Source: Chthoniobacteraceae bacterium
GTDB taxonomy: Bacteria > Verrucomicrobiota > Verrucomicrobiia > Chthoniobacterales > Chthoniobacteraceae
Reading direction: 5' to 3'
NCBI GenBank assembly: GCA_031409335.1
Contig: JANNWY010000076.1
Coordinates: 1-18,550, forward strand
Length of the DNA: 18,550 nucleotides
Both the position numbers and the translations under genes were made by a program. Below are positions 1-7,896 of this stretch, in pieces. Under the pieces are notes generated by a model. It saw nothing but the letters and a program-made list of their open reading frames with translations. It made no database searches and had not been told where the DNA came from. The first letter of the stretch is position 1. Each line of letters starts with the position of its first letter.

Positions 1-51
1 GGCGACCCGGGCTTTGAATGCGGCTTCATGCCGCTTGCGTTTGCTCTTCAT
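1..51 (-). CDS. IS3-family transposase OrfA, N-terminal 17 codons (partial)
   Basis: ATG at 51 translates MKSKRKRHEAAFKARVA, matching the 'RKRxxxxFKxxVA' start of IS3 OrfA HTH proteins. Not in the ORF track because the window edge truncates it. Confidence 0.87.
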   Translation of the reverse strand, partial: MKSKRKRHEAAFKARVA

Positions 52-139
52 TTTCGGTGGTTTTATGCTGCGTTTTTACACGCGCTCCCACCGCCATTTT
101 ATAGCTTAACCTCTGGCCCGATTTTCGGGGTCCACCTCA
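1..139 (-). mobile_element. IS3-family insertion sequence, left end only (continues beyond the window start)
   Basis: From 139 the minus strand reads TGAGGTGGACCCCGAAAATCGGGCCAGAGGTTAAGC, a 5'-TG terminus of IS3-family IRL style. A TAAAAT box follows (101-96), then a transposase-like start at 51. The host protein turns abruptly into RWTPKIGPEVKL* at exactly this point. Confidence 0.88.
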
Positions 140-572
140 CTGTGATGATCCCACCGTTCGCAATGGTCAGCGTTTCCGTCGCCGGGTTAGTCAGTGAGCC
201 GAGCGTGTAGTTTCCCGAGGCGACTGCTTCAAAATTGATGTTACCGACCGTGATGGGTACGCCCAGCGTCACGACTCCCGCCGTGCCGCCGGCCCCGAAG
301 ATCGCCGCATCCAGCAACGTGTTCGGCCAGGCAATATCGCCCACGCCGTCGAACCAGTTCAGCAACGCAGTATCCCAGGTGCCGCTGCCGTCGGTCGCGC
401 CGTTCCCGGCATTCGCATCGCCATCCCAAGTCACCGTCACCGCATGAACCGGCACGCACAGCGAAAGGATCGCGCCGGCGAGAATCGGCACCGCGCGGCG
501 GCATTGGCGAAAGGAAAGGAGCTCCGTGTGGCGACGACCGGAGGTTTGACGAGATGGGTGCAGGGTTTTCAT
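140..572 (-). pseudogene. Autotransporter-associated beta-strand-repeat (passenger-like) secreted protein, N-terminal part, interrupted by IS3
   Basis: ATG at 572 gives MKTLHPSR...AVPILAGAILSLCVPVHA (signal peptide), then a Gly/Thr/Asn-rich TWDGDANAGNGATDGSGTWDTALLNW...AAIFG...VTLGVPITVGNINF, typical of Verrucomicrobia passenger N-termini. The frame runs into the IS end at 139. Confidence 0.8.
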
Positions 573-654
573 GGGAGTTTTGAGTTGGGGAAATTCGGGG
601 TGGAGTTTTGGCGGGGGATGGGACAAGCGGAGGATATGGGAGAAGTTTCCAACT

Positions 655-674
655 TTCATTCTAATTCATTCTAA
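655..674. repeat. Perfect 10-bp tandem duplication (TTCATTCTAA x2)
   Basis: Read directly at 655-664 and 665-674. Each copy contains TAGAAT on the minus strand. Confidence 0.85.
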
Positions 675-737
675 GAATGATGATCGCGCCTCTCCGCGTC
701 TTGGACTATCGGGACATTTTTTGTTGAAAATCGGTCG
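655..737 (-). promoter_or_regulatory. Possible promoter/regulator-binding region upstream of the autotransporter-like gene
   Basis: AT-rich stretch with two loosely repeated CCGAT-N-CAA units, CAAGAC-N18-CATTCT and two TAGAAT hexamers, directly downstream of an AraC-type gene. Inference only. Confidence 0.3.
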
Positions 738-1112
738 TTGCGCGGTTCTCGCTTCGTTTCCGAAACGGATGCGTTTCTGCCGGAAAACCCGCGGTGTTTC
801 ACCCACGTGACGGCTGAACTGGCGCGTGAAGGCGCTCTGGTCGCAGAAGCCGTGCATGATCGCGATGTCGGCGATCGCCGCGTTCGTTTCGATGAGCGCC
901 TGCGAGGCCGCCTGGATGCGCGTGCGCACCAGAAACTCCTGCGCGCTCATGCGGAATACTTTTTGAAAATGTCGGCCAAGCTGCCGCACCGAAAGGCCCG
1001 CGAGCTTCGCCAAATCCTCCACGTCCGCATTGTATGCGGCGTGAGTTTTCGCGAGTCCTCTTTGGATCGTAGCGTTTTGATCATCGCATGAGTGGTCGAA
1101 AAACTCTCTCAC
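666..1112 (-). pseudogene. AraC/XylS-family regulator, C-terminal double HTH only (sensor domain missing)
   Basis: VEDLAKLAGLSVRQLGRHFQKVFRMSAQEFLVRTRIQAASQAL...IADIAIMHGFCDQSAFTRQFSRHVGETPRVFR is a canonical AraC signature starting near 1025. The ~29 preceding codons are not recognisably AraC-like. Confidence 0.8.
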
Positions 1113-1121
1113 GCCGTCCGG

Positions 1122-2605
1122 TTACTGAATCGTCAGCGCCCCAGTGAGGGTGAAGGTAGGGCCGGGGAAGGTGACGACGATGCTTTGCGCGCCGGTCGCC
1201 GCGCCGACGGGAATGACAAAGGTTGCTTTCACCTGCGTCGTGCTCGGGCGGCTGTAGCTGGTGCCGACAGTCGTGCCCGCGAGGGTCACACTGGTTGGCG
1301 TGGCCGCGGCTGGGATGTTGGGCGGGGCGGTGAGCGTGATGATGACATCGACGGTCGTGCCAAGGGTGAAGTCGAGGTCGCCGAGATAGTCGTAGTCTTC
1401 GATATAGTGGCCGAGCAAGTAAGCCGCATTCACCACCGGGCCGGATTGATTCGCTGCGAGCGTCGTCCGGTTCTGAATCCGCTGCGCCCACAGCGGCAAC
1501 CCCTGCCGCTCGGTAATGTTCGTCGTGCCATTCGCCCCGTTGCGCAGGACAAAGCCGGGCACCATGCGGCGCACGCCGGTGTTCGCGTTGTTCGGATCAC
1601 TGTAGCCATACGGTTCATACATCGGCAGACCGTCCGCCGCCCAGCCCACAATGGGCGAATGCTTCGTCACCGGCGCGGTGCTTTCGGTGTAAGTATTCGT
1701 CGCCGCGTTGTAGTCCACATGATCGCCAAGCTGATGGCGCAGCGCGAGCGGCTGGGCGTGGTTGTGATAGTTGTTCCCGCCGGGATGCGCGAGCCCGGCA
1801 TCGAAGGTCACGCCTTCATTGTGGTAGGCATCGCGATTCTAAATGCCATCGCCTTGAAAAGTGTTGGGGCCGCCATCCGCCGCATTGGCATTCGAGTAGG
1901 AAAAGGCGTCGCGGAGATCCTACACCGACACGCCATTGACCATGCGGCCCGTCACCCCATTCGGCGTGAGCGTCTTCGTGGCTGGAATAGTCGGCACGCG
2001 CGGGAGGCGATAAGTCGTCGCGGTGTTCGCCGGGAAGTTAGGAAAAAGGTTCGTCTTCGCGGCATTCAGATACCACGGACCCATCGTGTAACTTGCCAGC
2101 CCCGTCGTGTGGACATAAGCCCAGCTATCCGAGAAATCGACCTGATGCACATCCGCATAAGTCGGCGAGCTCTGCACGTCCTGGCCGCGGCTTCACGTCG
2201 TCACGCTTGTTCCCGCATTTTGTTCCGCGAGCGTCTGGCGTATTCACCCGTGTTTGCGGTGAACCACGACGACACGAGCGGCGCATTCGGCACGCCGTTC
2301 ACGGCATAGTTTGCGACCTTCAACTTTAGCGCCGCATACGCCGCCTGCGTCGTGCTGTTGATCGCCGCACCGAGCAGGTTCGTCGCCTGGTTCGCATCCG
2401 TCGCCGTGTTAAGAAACTCCTCCCGCCCGCCGTCGAACTGGATGAGCGTGTTACCCGCCGCGTCCGTGATCGCGCGCCCTGATTCGCTCGTCGTCAGCGT
2501 GCCACCGAACATCTGGCTAAAGCCCGTGCGCGACCCATCCGCCGTGTTTTTCAAAATGGGCAGCAGACTCACCGCGTCGATCGGATGCGCCCCCGGCGGC
2601 GTCCC
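1122..2605 (-). pseudogene. Decayed sulfatase(C-terminus)-YHYH-Ig/IPT-like fusion gene
   Basis: Sulfatase C-terminal motifs (PIDAVSLLPILK; LIQFDGGREEF...D.NQATNLL) run into PLVSSWFTANTGEYAR. There is a frameshift near 2235 and in-frame stops at 2195-2193 (TGA), 1922-1920 (TAG) and 1841-1839 (TAG). YHYH-domain motifs NYHNHAQP, HSPIVGWAADGLPMYEPYGY and YIEDYDY follow, then a Thr/Val-rich Ig-like C-terminus. Confidence 0.85.
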
Positions 2606-2769
2606 TCGACATACTGACCAAGATAGCAGCAAACGACCCCGCGACATGCAGTCGGGCGCGAAACCGATGGAAACGTGTAGTGATGCAGGAACGTACCTGG
2701 TGTGCTGACACGGGGCGGAAGAAATGCCTGCACGAAGATTGCGGAAACGGATGGTGCGTCCGGCGAGAA

Positions 2770-2923
2770 TGGCGGGGTCTTTTTCCCCGGTCGTTTTGAA
2801 GCGGGCGTCCCGCAAAATGCCATCATTGTTCGGCCTCCGGTAGCTCGGCCAGTTCGCTGCGGTGAGGGGGAGGCTGGCGATCGGCAAAACAGCGCGACAG
2901 GCGATTCGGATTTTAACGGACAT
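2770..2923 (-). pseudogene. N-terminal stub of a PQQ-binding-like beta-propeller repeat protein
   Basis: ATG at 2923 gives MSVKIRIACRAVLPIASLPLTA-ANWPSYRRPNNDGI, a signal peptide plus the PVC-typical W-P-x-(Y/W/F)-R-G-P-x-x-x-G motif (G replaced by R). Similarity stops after about 50 codons. Confidence 0.65.
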
Positions 2924-2991
2924 ACGAGCATTGCTGCGCAAAGCCGACTTGGTGGATAGTTCGGTCATGGGCTGGGAGGAGAGTTAAGAAA

Positions 2992-4467
2992 TCAGTCGGG
3001 GATCTCATTGAGAGTGTACCACGCATCGGCGTGCCAAAGGGGTTTTCCAGCGGCGGATTTCACGCCACGGGAAGCGAGATGGTGGACGTGGCCGCGCACT
3101 AGGCCTGCGATAGTGAGCCGGACGGTTTTCTTGTCCGGGGCAACGGTGGCTTTGGTGATTTTGGGGATGGCTTGATCCACCTCGGGGCTGCCGTATCCTT
3201 TTTGCAGGATGTAGGTCCATGCGGCCATGGTGTAACTGGCGGGGTCTCCGGCGACGAGGGGATCGACGGGTTCGGTGAAGGTGAGGGTGAAGCCGTCTTT
3301 GTTGGCGGTCATGGTGAGTATCTCGAAGGGAATTGTGCCGGTCCAGGCGACGCGTTCGAGACTGAAGGTTTTGCTGCCGCGGGAAGCCCAGCCGCGGTTG
3401 GTGCCGCCGACGAAGAGAATGCCTTCGGTTTGGTCCAGAGTGACGGGCACGAGTCCGGATTCGAACCCATCTAACATGTGAAAGACGGCACCTTGGTAGA
3501 GGCCGTTGACTTGTTCAAGGCTGATCCGCTGGACTTGGGAGTAGGTCTGCTCACCGATGTATAACTGGCTTTTCCATGGGCCGAATTTTCCGCCGCTTTG
3601 GTCACAGGCGATCCCGGTCGGGGAGTGGCCGACGGCACCGTGGGGAAGGATGACGGCGGGAGGGATGAAGGCAGGATGCTTAAGCCGCTCGGCTAAAACG
3701 CGAGAGCCTTCTGCGGGTAGTGGCGGGGCGGGCAAGTCGGCTAGTGCATGGAATTTATTGCCCGCGGGATTCCCTTGGAACGAGCCGGGTTTCAACCACT
3801 TCAGAGAAGAGGAACCATTCCAAAGACCTTGGTTGTCCGTATAGAAGACATCTCCTGTGCTGTTAAAACCAATGCCTCCCGGGGAGCGGATGCCGGAGCA
3901 GGTGGGAATCATTTTTCCGTCAGGGGTGACGCGGACACACCAGCCGCGCCAGTCGGATTCGGCTCTGGATGAACCTGTCAGGCAAAGGGCGACCCAGATA
4001 TCGCCATTTTTGTCTGGGGGAGTGCCGAAGGCGTATTCGTGATAGTTGCTGGCGCTGCCCCAGTCACCGCAAAGGGTGCGGAATGAGTCGGCGAGGCCGT
4101 CTCCGTCCTTGTCCCGAAGGTGGGTGACTTCCCCGCGCTGGGTAAGCGTGAAGGTGCCTTTCTGGAAGGACAGGCCAAAGGGTTCGTGCAAGCCTTGGGC
4201 AAACTTCTTCCAGATAACTTTCGAGAGATCTTTGTCATAGGCACCGGAGCAAATCCAGAGGTCGCCGCGCCGGGTGGTGACCGCGATCCGGCGCTCTGGC
4301 ATGAGGGCGATGGAGCCGATTTCCATAACTTCGCCAAACGGGAGGGGGATTTCCTGCCGGTAATAGTATTCGATTTGTTGTGGGTCCGGGCCCTCCCCTG
4401 GCTTGGGCTTGGCGGCGAGCGCGAGGGCGAGGGCGGGGGTGAGGAGCAGGGGGATGAGGAAACGCAT
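2992..4467 (-). CDS. Secreted beta-propeller protein (glucose/sorbosone dehydrogenase-like PVC family) with C-terminal beta-sandwich, 491 aa
   Basis: Signal peptide MRFLIPLLLTPALALALA. Motifs TRRGDLW, FAQGLHEPFGL, LRDKDGDGLAD, NYHEYAFG, SGIRSPGGIG, YTDNQGLW, GTNRGW, DGFTLTFTEPVD. Start placed at the ATG at 4467. Confidence 0.8.
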   Translation of the reverse strand: MRFLIPLLLTPALALALAAKPKPGEGPDPQQIEYYYRQEIPLPFGEVMEIGSIALMPERRIAVTTRRGDLWICSGAYDKDLSKVIWKKFAQGLHEPFGLSFQKGTFTLTQRGEVTHLRDKDGDGLADSFRTLCGDWGSASNYHEYAFGTPPDKNGDIWVALCLTGSSRAESDWRGWCVRVTPDGKMIPTCSGIRSPGGIGFNSTGDVFYTDNQGLWNGSSSLKWLKPGSFQGNPAGNKFHALADLPAPPLPAEGSRVLAERLKHPAFIPPAVILPHGAVGHSPTGIACDQSGGKFGPWKSQLYIGEQTYSQVQRISLEQVNGLYQGAVFHMLDGFESGLVPVTLDQTEGILFVGGTNRGWASRGSKTFSLERVAWTGTIPFEILTMTANKDGFTLTFTEPVDPLVAGDPASYTMAAWTYILQKGYGSPEVDQAIPKITKATVAPDKKTVRLTIAGLVRGHVHHLASRGVKSAAGKPLWHADAWYTLNEIPD

Positions 4468-4515
4468 GAAAGGAAGCAAGGTGGTGGGAGGGTGGAAAGG
4501 CTTTTGGACAACCGG

Positions 4516-5985
4516 TTATCTCCAGAGGTAGCGGATCTCGGTTTTCCCCGGGACGAGGGGGAGCACGAGGGTGTTCCCGGTGGCCAGGCTGGCTTCGGGG
4601 GCGATCAGGGTGAGTTTGCCATCAATGTTGTAGGAGCCTTGGGAGGAAGGGTCCGCAGTGGCGGATTCGGCGAGAACCAGCGGGGCGGTGGAACCGGGTG
4701 TGCCGGTGATGGTTATTTTTCTAACAAGGGTCGCGGGAGCGGGGGAGGTGTACGCGTCGTGGATTTCCAAAGTGCCTGATTTGGCTAGGAACGTGGGATT
4801 GCCAGCGGCATCGAGGTCGTAGCCGAGAAAACGGGTGCCTGACGGATAGGCGGGTTTGCCGGACAAGTTCACGACTTTGGTGCCAGCCGGGGATTGCAGT
4901 CCGTTGCCGCGGTCCGTCCAGTGCAGGCCCGCGTCGATGAATTTGCCCGTCCAGACCGACTGGGGAGCGAGATGGTCGATAGAGAAGGCGAGATTCACTC
5001 CGCCAGGGAAGCCGACGCAGAGGGTGCGTGGGGTGGCATCGGCGATGAAGTTCCGATAGATGACGGGACGGCCTGCGGTGGGCTGGAGGAGGATGCTGGG
5101 CTGTACGCTGGTGGTGGAGGGATCGGACAACGGGTTCCAGTTTTCGGCTCCCTTGGCACGCCATGCGACTTCGAGATTTGCCTTACCTTTGGCATTAAAG
5201 TATTCGAGACGGAATTTTCGGAGACCTTTGGTCAAGTGGGTCAGGGCACCTTTCGGCGGGCCTTTTCCCCGGCCTTTCGTGGCGGGGAGAGCCACGCCGT
5301 CGAGCAAAATCCTGGCTCTGCCTTTGGTTTCGATTTGGAATTCATAGTCGCCGTCGGCAGGGATGGTGAGGTTCCCTTCCCAGGCGATGGTGAGAGGGCG
5401 CTTTTTCCCCGCTTTTTCGAGGGAGAGGAAGCCTTTTTGCTCTTCCTCCACCGCAGAGGGCTGGAGCTTGGAGAAGTCAGGCAGGGCCGTCCAGGCTCCT
5501 TCGTAGGAGTAGGACAGGAGGTTTCCGAGGGCCGGGGTTTCGTCGAGGGGATGGAGCTTGAGCAGTTCTGCGGCTGTCCAGTGTTCGGTGCGGTTGCCGG
5601 ATTCAGCGCGGATTTTTTTCACGAGTTCAGGAGTGACGGCGGTGCCGGTGTTTCCCCAAGAGGACCGGACGTAGGTGACGACGGCGGCGAGTTGGTCATC
5701 CGGGATGGCGGCACCCTGAGGCGGCATTTCCAGATTGTAGGTTTTGCCGAGTACATTGACGGGCCCACTCAATCCGGAGAGCGTGATATTGATGATGCGG
5801 TCTGGCGGTCCGGCGACCCACGGGCTTCCTGCCAGAGGTGGGAACAAGCCGCCGGTGGCCCCCTTGCCATCGGCCCCATGGCAGGCGGAGCAGTAGAGAG
5901 TGAAAAGCTGCCCGCCGTCCTGGCCGAAGGCAGGGACGGTGAGGGCGCAGGCGGATAGCAGGAGTGCGGAGACCTTGAGTGTCAT
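4516..5985 (-). CDS. Secreted c-type cytochrome with PA14-like domain, 489 aa
   Basis: Signal peptide. Heme motif CSACH followed by G.G...FPPLAGS, distal MPP and TYVRSSWGN (class I cytochrome c). The central WEGNLTIPADGDYEF...FRLEYFN...LEVAW is PA14-like. Confidence 0.88.
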   Translation of the reverse strand: MTLKVSALLLSACALTVPAFGQDGGQLFTLYCSACHGADGKGATGGLFPPLAGSPWVAGPPDRIINITLSGLSGPVNVLGKTYNLEMPPQGAAIPDDQLAAVVTYVRSSWGNTGTAVTPELVKKIRAESGNRTEHWTAAELLKLHPLDETPALGNLLSYSYEGAWTALPDFSKLQPSAVEEEQKGFLSLEKAGKKRPLTIAWEGNLTIPADGDYEFQIETKGRARILLDGVALPATKGRGKGPPKGALTHLTKGLRKFRLEYFNAKGKANLEVAWRAKGAENWNPLSDPSTTSVQPSILLQPTAGRPVIYRNFIADATPRTLCVGFPGGVNLAFSIDHLAPQSVWTGKFIDAGLHWTDRGNGLQSPAGTKVVNLSGKPAYPSGTRFLGYDLDAAGNPTFLAKSGTLEIHDAYTSPAPATLVRKITITGTPGSTAPLVLAESATADPSSQGSYNIDGKLTLIAPEASLATGNTLVLPLVPGKTEIRYLWR

Positions 5986-5992
5986 GGGAATA

Positions 5993-6316
5993 TCACAATG
6001 GGAAGGGGCGAGGAGGCGGCGGATTTTTGGTGATGACTTCGCGGAGGGCGGGCGCGGGACCTTCTGTGAGAATGCCGGGAGCAGGTGCCGCGAGGGTGGT
6101 GTGAAAAACGCGGCCCTGTCCGAGGACGTCCAAGTTCTTCACCGGACCGCGCAGAGAACGATGGAGTTTGTCCTTCGGGTAGCAGGCGGGCATGCCTTTC
6201 AGGATGGGGTGTTCCGGGGCGAAGTTTCCCGCGATGAAGACGACAAGGTTGGGGCACTTCGCCTTGGCGGCGCTGGCGCACAGGAGCGCGAGGAATACGG
6301 TGAGAATGAGTTTCAC
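5993..6316 (-). pseudogene. Chimeric remnant: sulfatase N-terminal stub fused in frame to ThuA-like domain fragments (107 aa open frame)
   Basis: GTG at 6316 overlaps the upstream TGA. MKLILTVFLALLCASAAKAKCPNLVVFIA is a signal peptide plus a PNxVxFIA(DD) sulfatase start. It is followed by PEHPILKGMP, KDKLHRSLRGP.KNLDVL and GQGRVFHTTL, ThuA-like motifs with the spacers missing. Confidence 0.68.
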
Positions 6317-7782
6317 TGGGCTGGATCCCGCTTGCCAGCGCGACCGTCTGGCTTGGTGGGGTCGTAGTTGGGATTGGGTGCGGGAAATTTTGCGCCGACT
6401 TGCTTTTGCCACGCGGCCAGCTCGGCACGGAGTTGGGCAACGCGGGTCGGTTCCTTTGCGGCGAGGTTGTGCTGCTCGCCGAGATCCGTCGCGAGATTGA
6501 ATAACTCGACACGGTCATCCTCCAGCCACTCAATCAGCTTCCAATCACCGCGACGCACAGCGGCACTCGGTGCGCCGCCTTGATTGCCGTAGTGCGGGTA
6601 GTGCCAGAACAACGCGCGCTCCGGCAGCGTGCCGCTTTTCAGCAACGGCAGGAGACTCGTGCCGTCCAGTGTCTGGCCAGTCAAGGGTTTGGTGCCCGCG
6701 GCTTCGAGCAGCGTGGGGAAAAAGTCCGGACTGCTCACGGGCGTGTTGAGGACGCTTCCAGCTTTGATAGCAGCGGGCCAGCGCACCAGCAGCGGCTCAC
6801 GGATGCCGCCTTCATACATCCAGCCCTTGCCGCCGCGCAGTAGGAGGTTCGATGTGGGCCAGCCTTCGCTTGTGGACAGGCCGCCGTTGTCACTGGTGAA
6901 AATCACGATGGTGTTCTCGCGCAGGCCGAGTTCGTCGAGCTTCGCGAGCACTTTGCCGACGGCGAGGTCCATCGCTTCGACCATCGCCGCATAGACCACA
7001 TGCTCCTGCACGAGCCGCACGTCGCGTGGTTCTTCCCGTCCCCACTTCTCGGTCAGACCGAGCCGCGCACGCTTCGCCTCGTATTTCGCCCGCAAGTCCT
7101 CACGAGCCATCAGCGGCGTGTGGACGTCGTAAAACGAATAGTAGGCAAAAAACGGACGGTCCTTGTTAGCCTCAATGAATTTCGCCGTCTCGGTCGCCAG
7201 CCTATCCGGCAGATGTTCGCCGTCCGGGCCGTCGGGCAGACGCGGATTGCCGTAGGGGGAGAAGTATTTTTTTCCGCCATAAGGTCCACCTCGATCAATG
7301 CCACCCATGTTGATATCGAAGCCCTGATTTTCCGGCCAGTGGCCCTCTGGCCCGAGATGCCATTTTCCCGCGAAGAACGTCGCGTAGCCCGCTCCCTTCA
7401 TTGCCTTGGCGAGCGTGGGAGCATCAAGAGCAAGCCGGTCGGTGTAGGGCGCAGGGAGAAGTTTTGTGTTTGCCTTCCATTGCTCCGGCTTGGTCGGCGC
7501 ACCGATGTAATCCGTGATGCCGGTGCGCTGCGGCCACTGCCCGGTGAGCAGGCTCGCGCGCGTCGGTGAACACACCGGGCACGCAGCGTAGGCATCGGTA
7601 AATTGCGCGCCGTCCTTCGCGAGGCGGTCAAGGTTCGGCGTCTCGTAGAACGTGCTGCCGTAGCAGGCAAGGTCGCGCTGCCCCAAATCGTCAGCGAGGA
7701 AGAAGACGATGTTGGGTTGCACCGCCGCGATAACGGGGAGGCTCGACAGTAAGAGAACTAGAAGGGTGAGATATCGTTTCAT
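6313..7782 (-). CDS. Formylglycine-dependent (S1) sulfatase, secreted, 489 aa
   Basis: Signal peptide, PNIVFFLADDLG, CSPTRASLLTG (CxPxR), GKWHLG, FTSDNGG, GKGWMYEGGIREP, ELFNLATDLGE. ATG at 7782. Confidence 0.96.
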   Translation of the reverse strand: MKRYLTLLVLLLSSLPVIAAVQPNIVFFLADDLGQRDLACYGSTFYETPNLDRLAKDGAQFTDAYAACPVCSPTRASLLTGQWPQRTGITDYIGAPTKPEQWKANTKLLPAPYTDRLALDAPTLAKAMKGAGYATFFAGKWHLGPEGHWPENQGFDINMGGIDRGGPYGGKKYFSPYGNPRLPDGPDGEHLPDRLATETAKFIEANKDRPFFAYYSFYDVHTPLMAREDLRAKYEAKRARLGLTEKWGREEPRDVRLVQEHVVYAAMVEAMDLAVGKVLAKLDELGLRENTIVIFTSDNGGLSTSEGWPTSNLLLRGGKGWMYEGGIREPLLVRWPAAIKAGSVLNTPVSSPDFFPTLLEAAGTKPLTGQTLDGTSLLPLLKSGTLPERALFWHYPHYGNQGGAPSAAVRRGDWKLIEWLEDDRVELFNLATDLGEQHNLAAKEPTRVAQLRAELAAWQKQVGAKFPAPNPNYDPTKPDGRAGKRDPAQ

Positions 7783-7896
7783 GGGTTCAGTTCTTTTGGC
7801 TGTCTTGGCGTGCATCTTCCGCGGCCACTGTGGCGGTCCGCCCGAGGCTGGCTGAATGCTGATTCCAAAAAAATCACTGATGGGTGGTCTGCACGG

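Noticed and set aside
99..659. 186-aa ORF as an intact small protein
   Set aside because: Its last 12 residues come from the IS end, and the better start with a signal peptide is at 572.
1839..2195. Stop-codon reassignment or readthrough (two TAG, one TGA in frame) in the YHYH gene
   Set aside because: The stops fall at positions expected to hold different residues (W, an aromatic, W), there is also a frameshift and motif decay, and intact genes here end in TAG (15625, 17191) and TGA. This is ordinary pseudogenisation.
1092..2309. 405-aa plus-strand ORF
   Set aside because: It is in codon register antisense to the YHYH gene, Arg/Gly/Val-rich with no motif. It is a typical high-GC shadow ORF.
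2201..2968. 255-aa ORF as a single real gene
   Set aside because: It is a patchwork of unrelated fragments whose C-terminus results from a frameshift.
4894..5958. 354-aa plus-strand ORF and the other plus-strand ORFs in the track
   Set aside because: All overlap recognisable minus-strand genes and show no family motifs.
7783..7896. Possible further gene remnant or regulatory RNA in the intergenic gap
   Set aside because: No recognisable motif, convincing hairpin or terminator could be supported.
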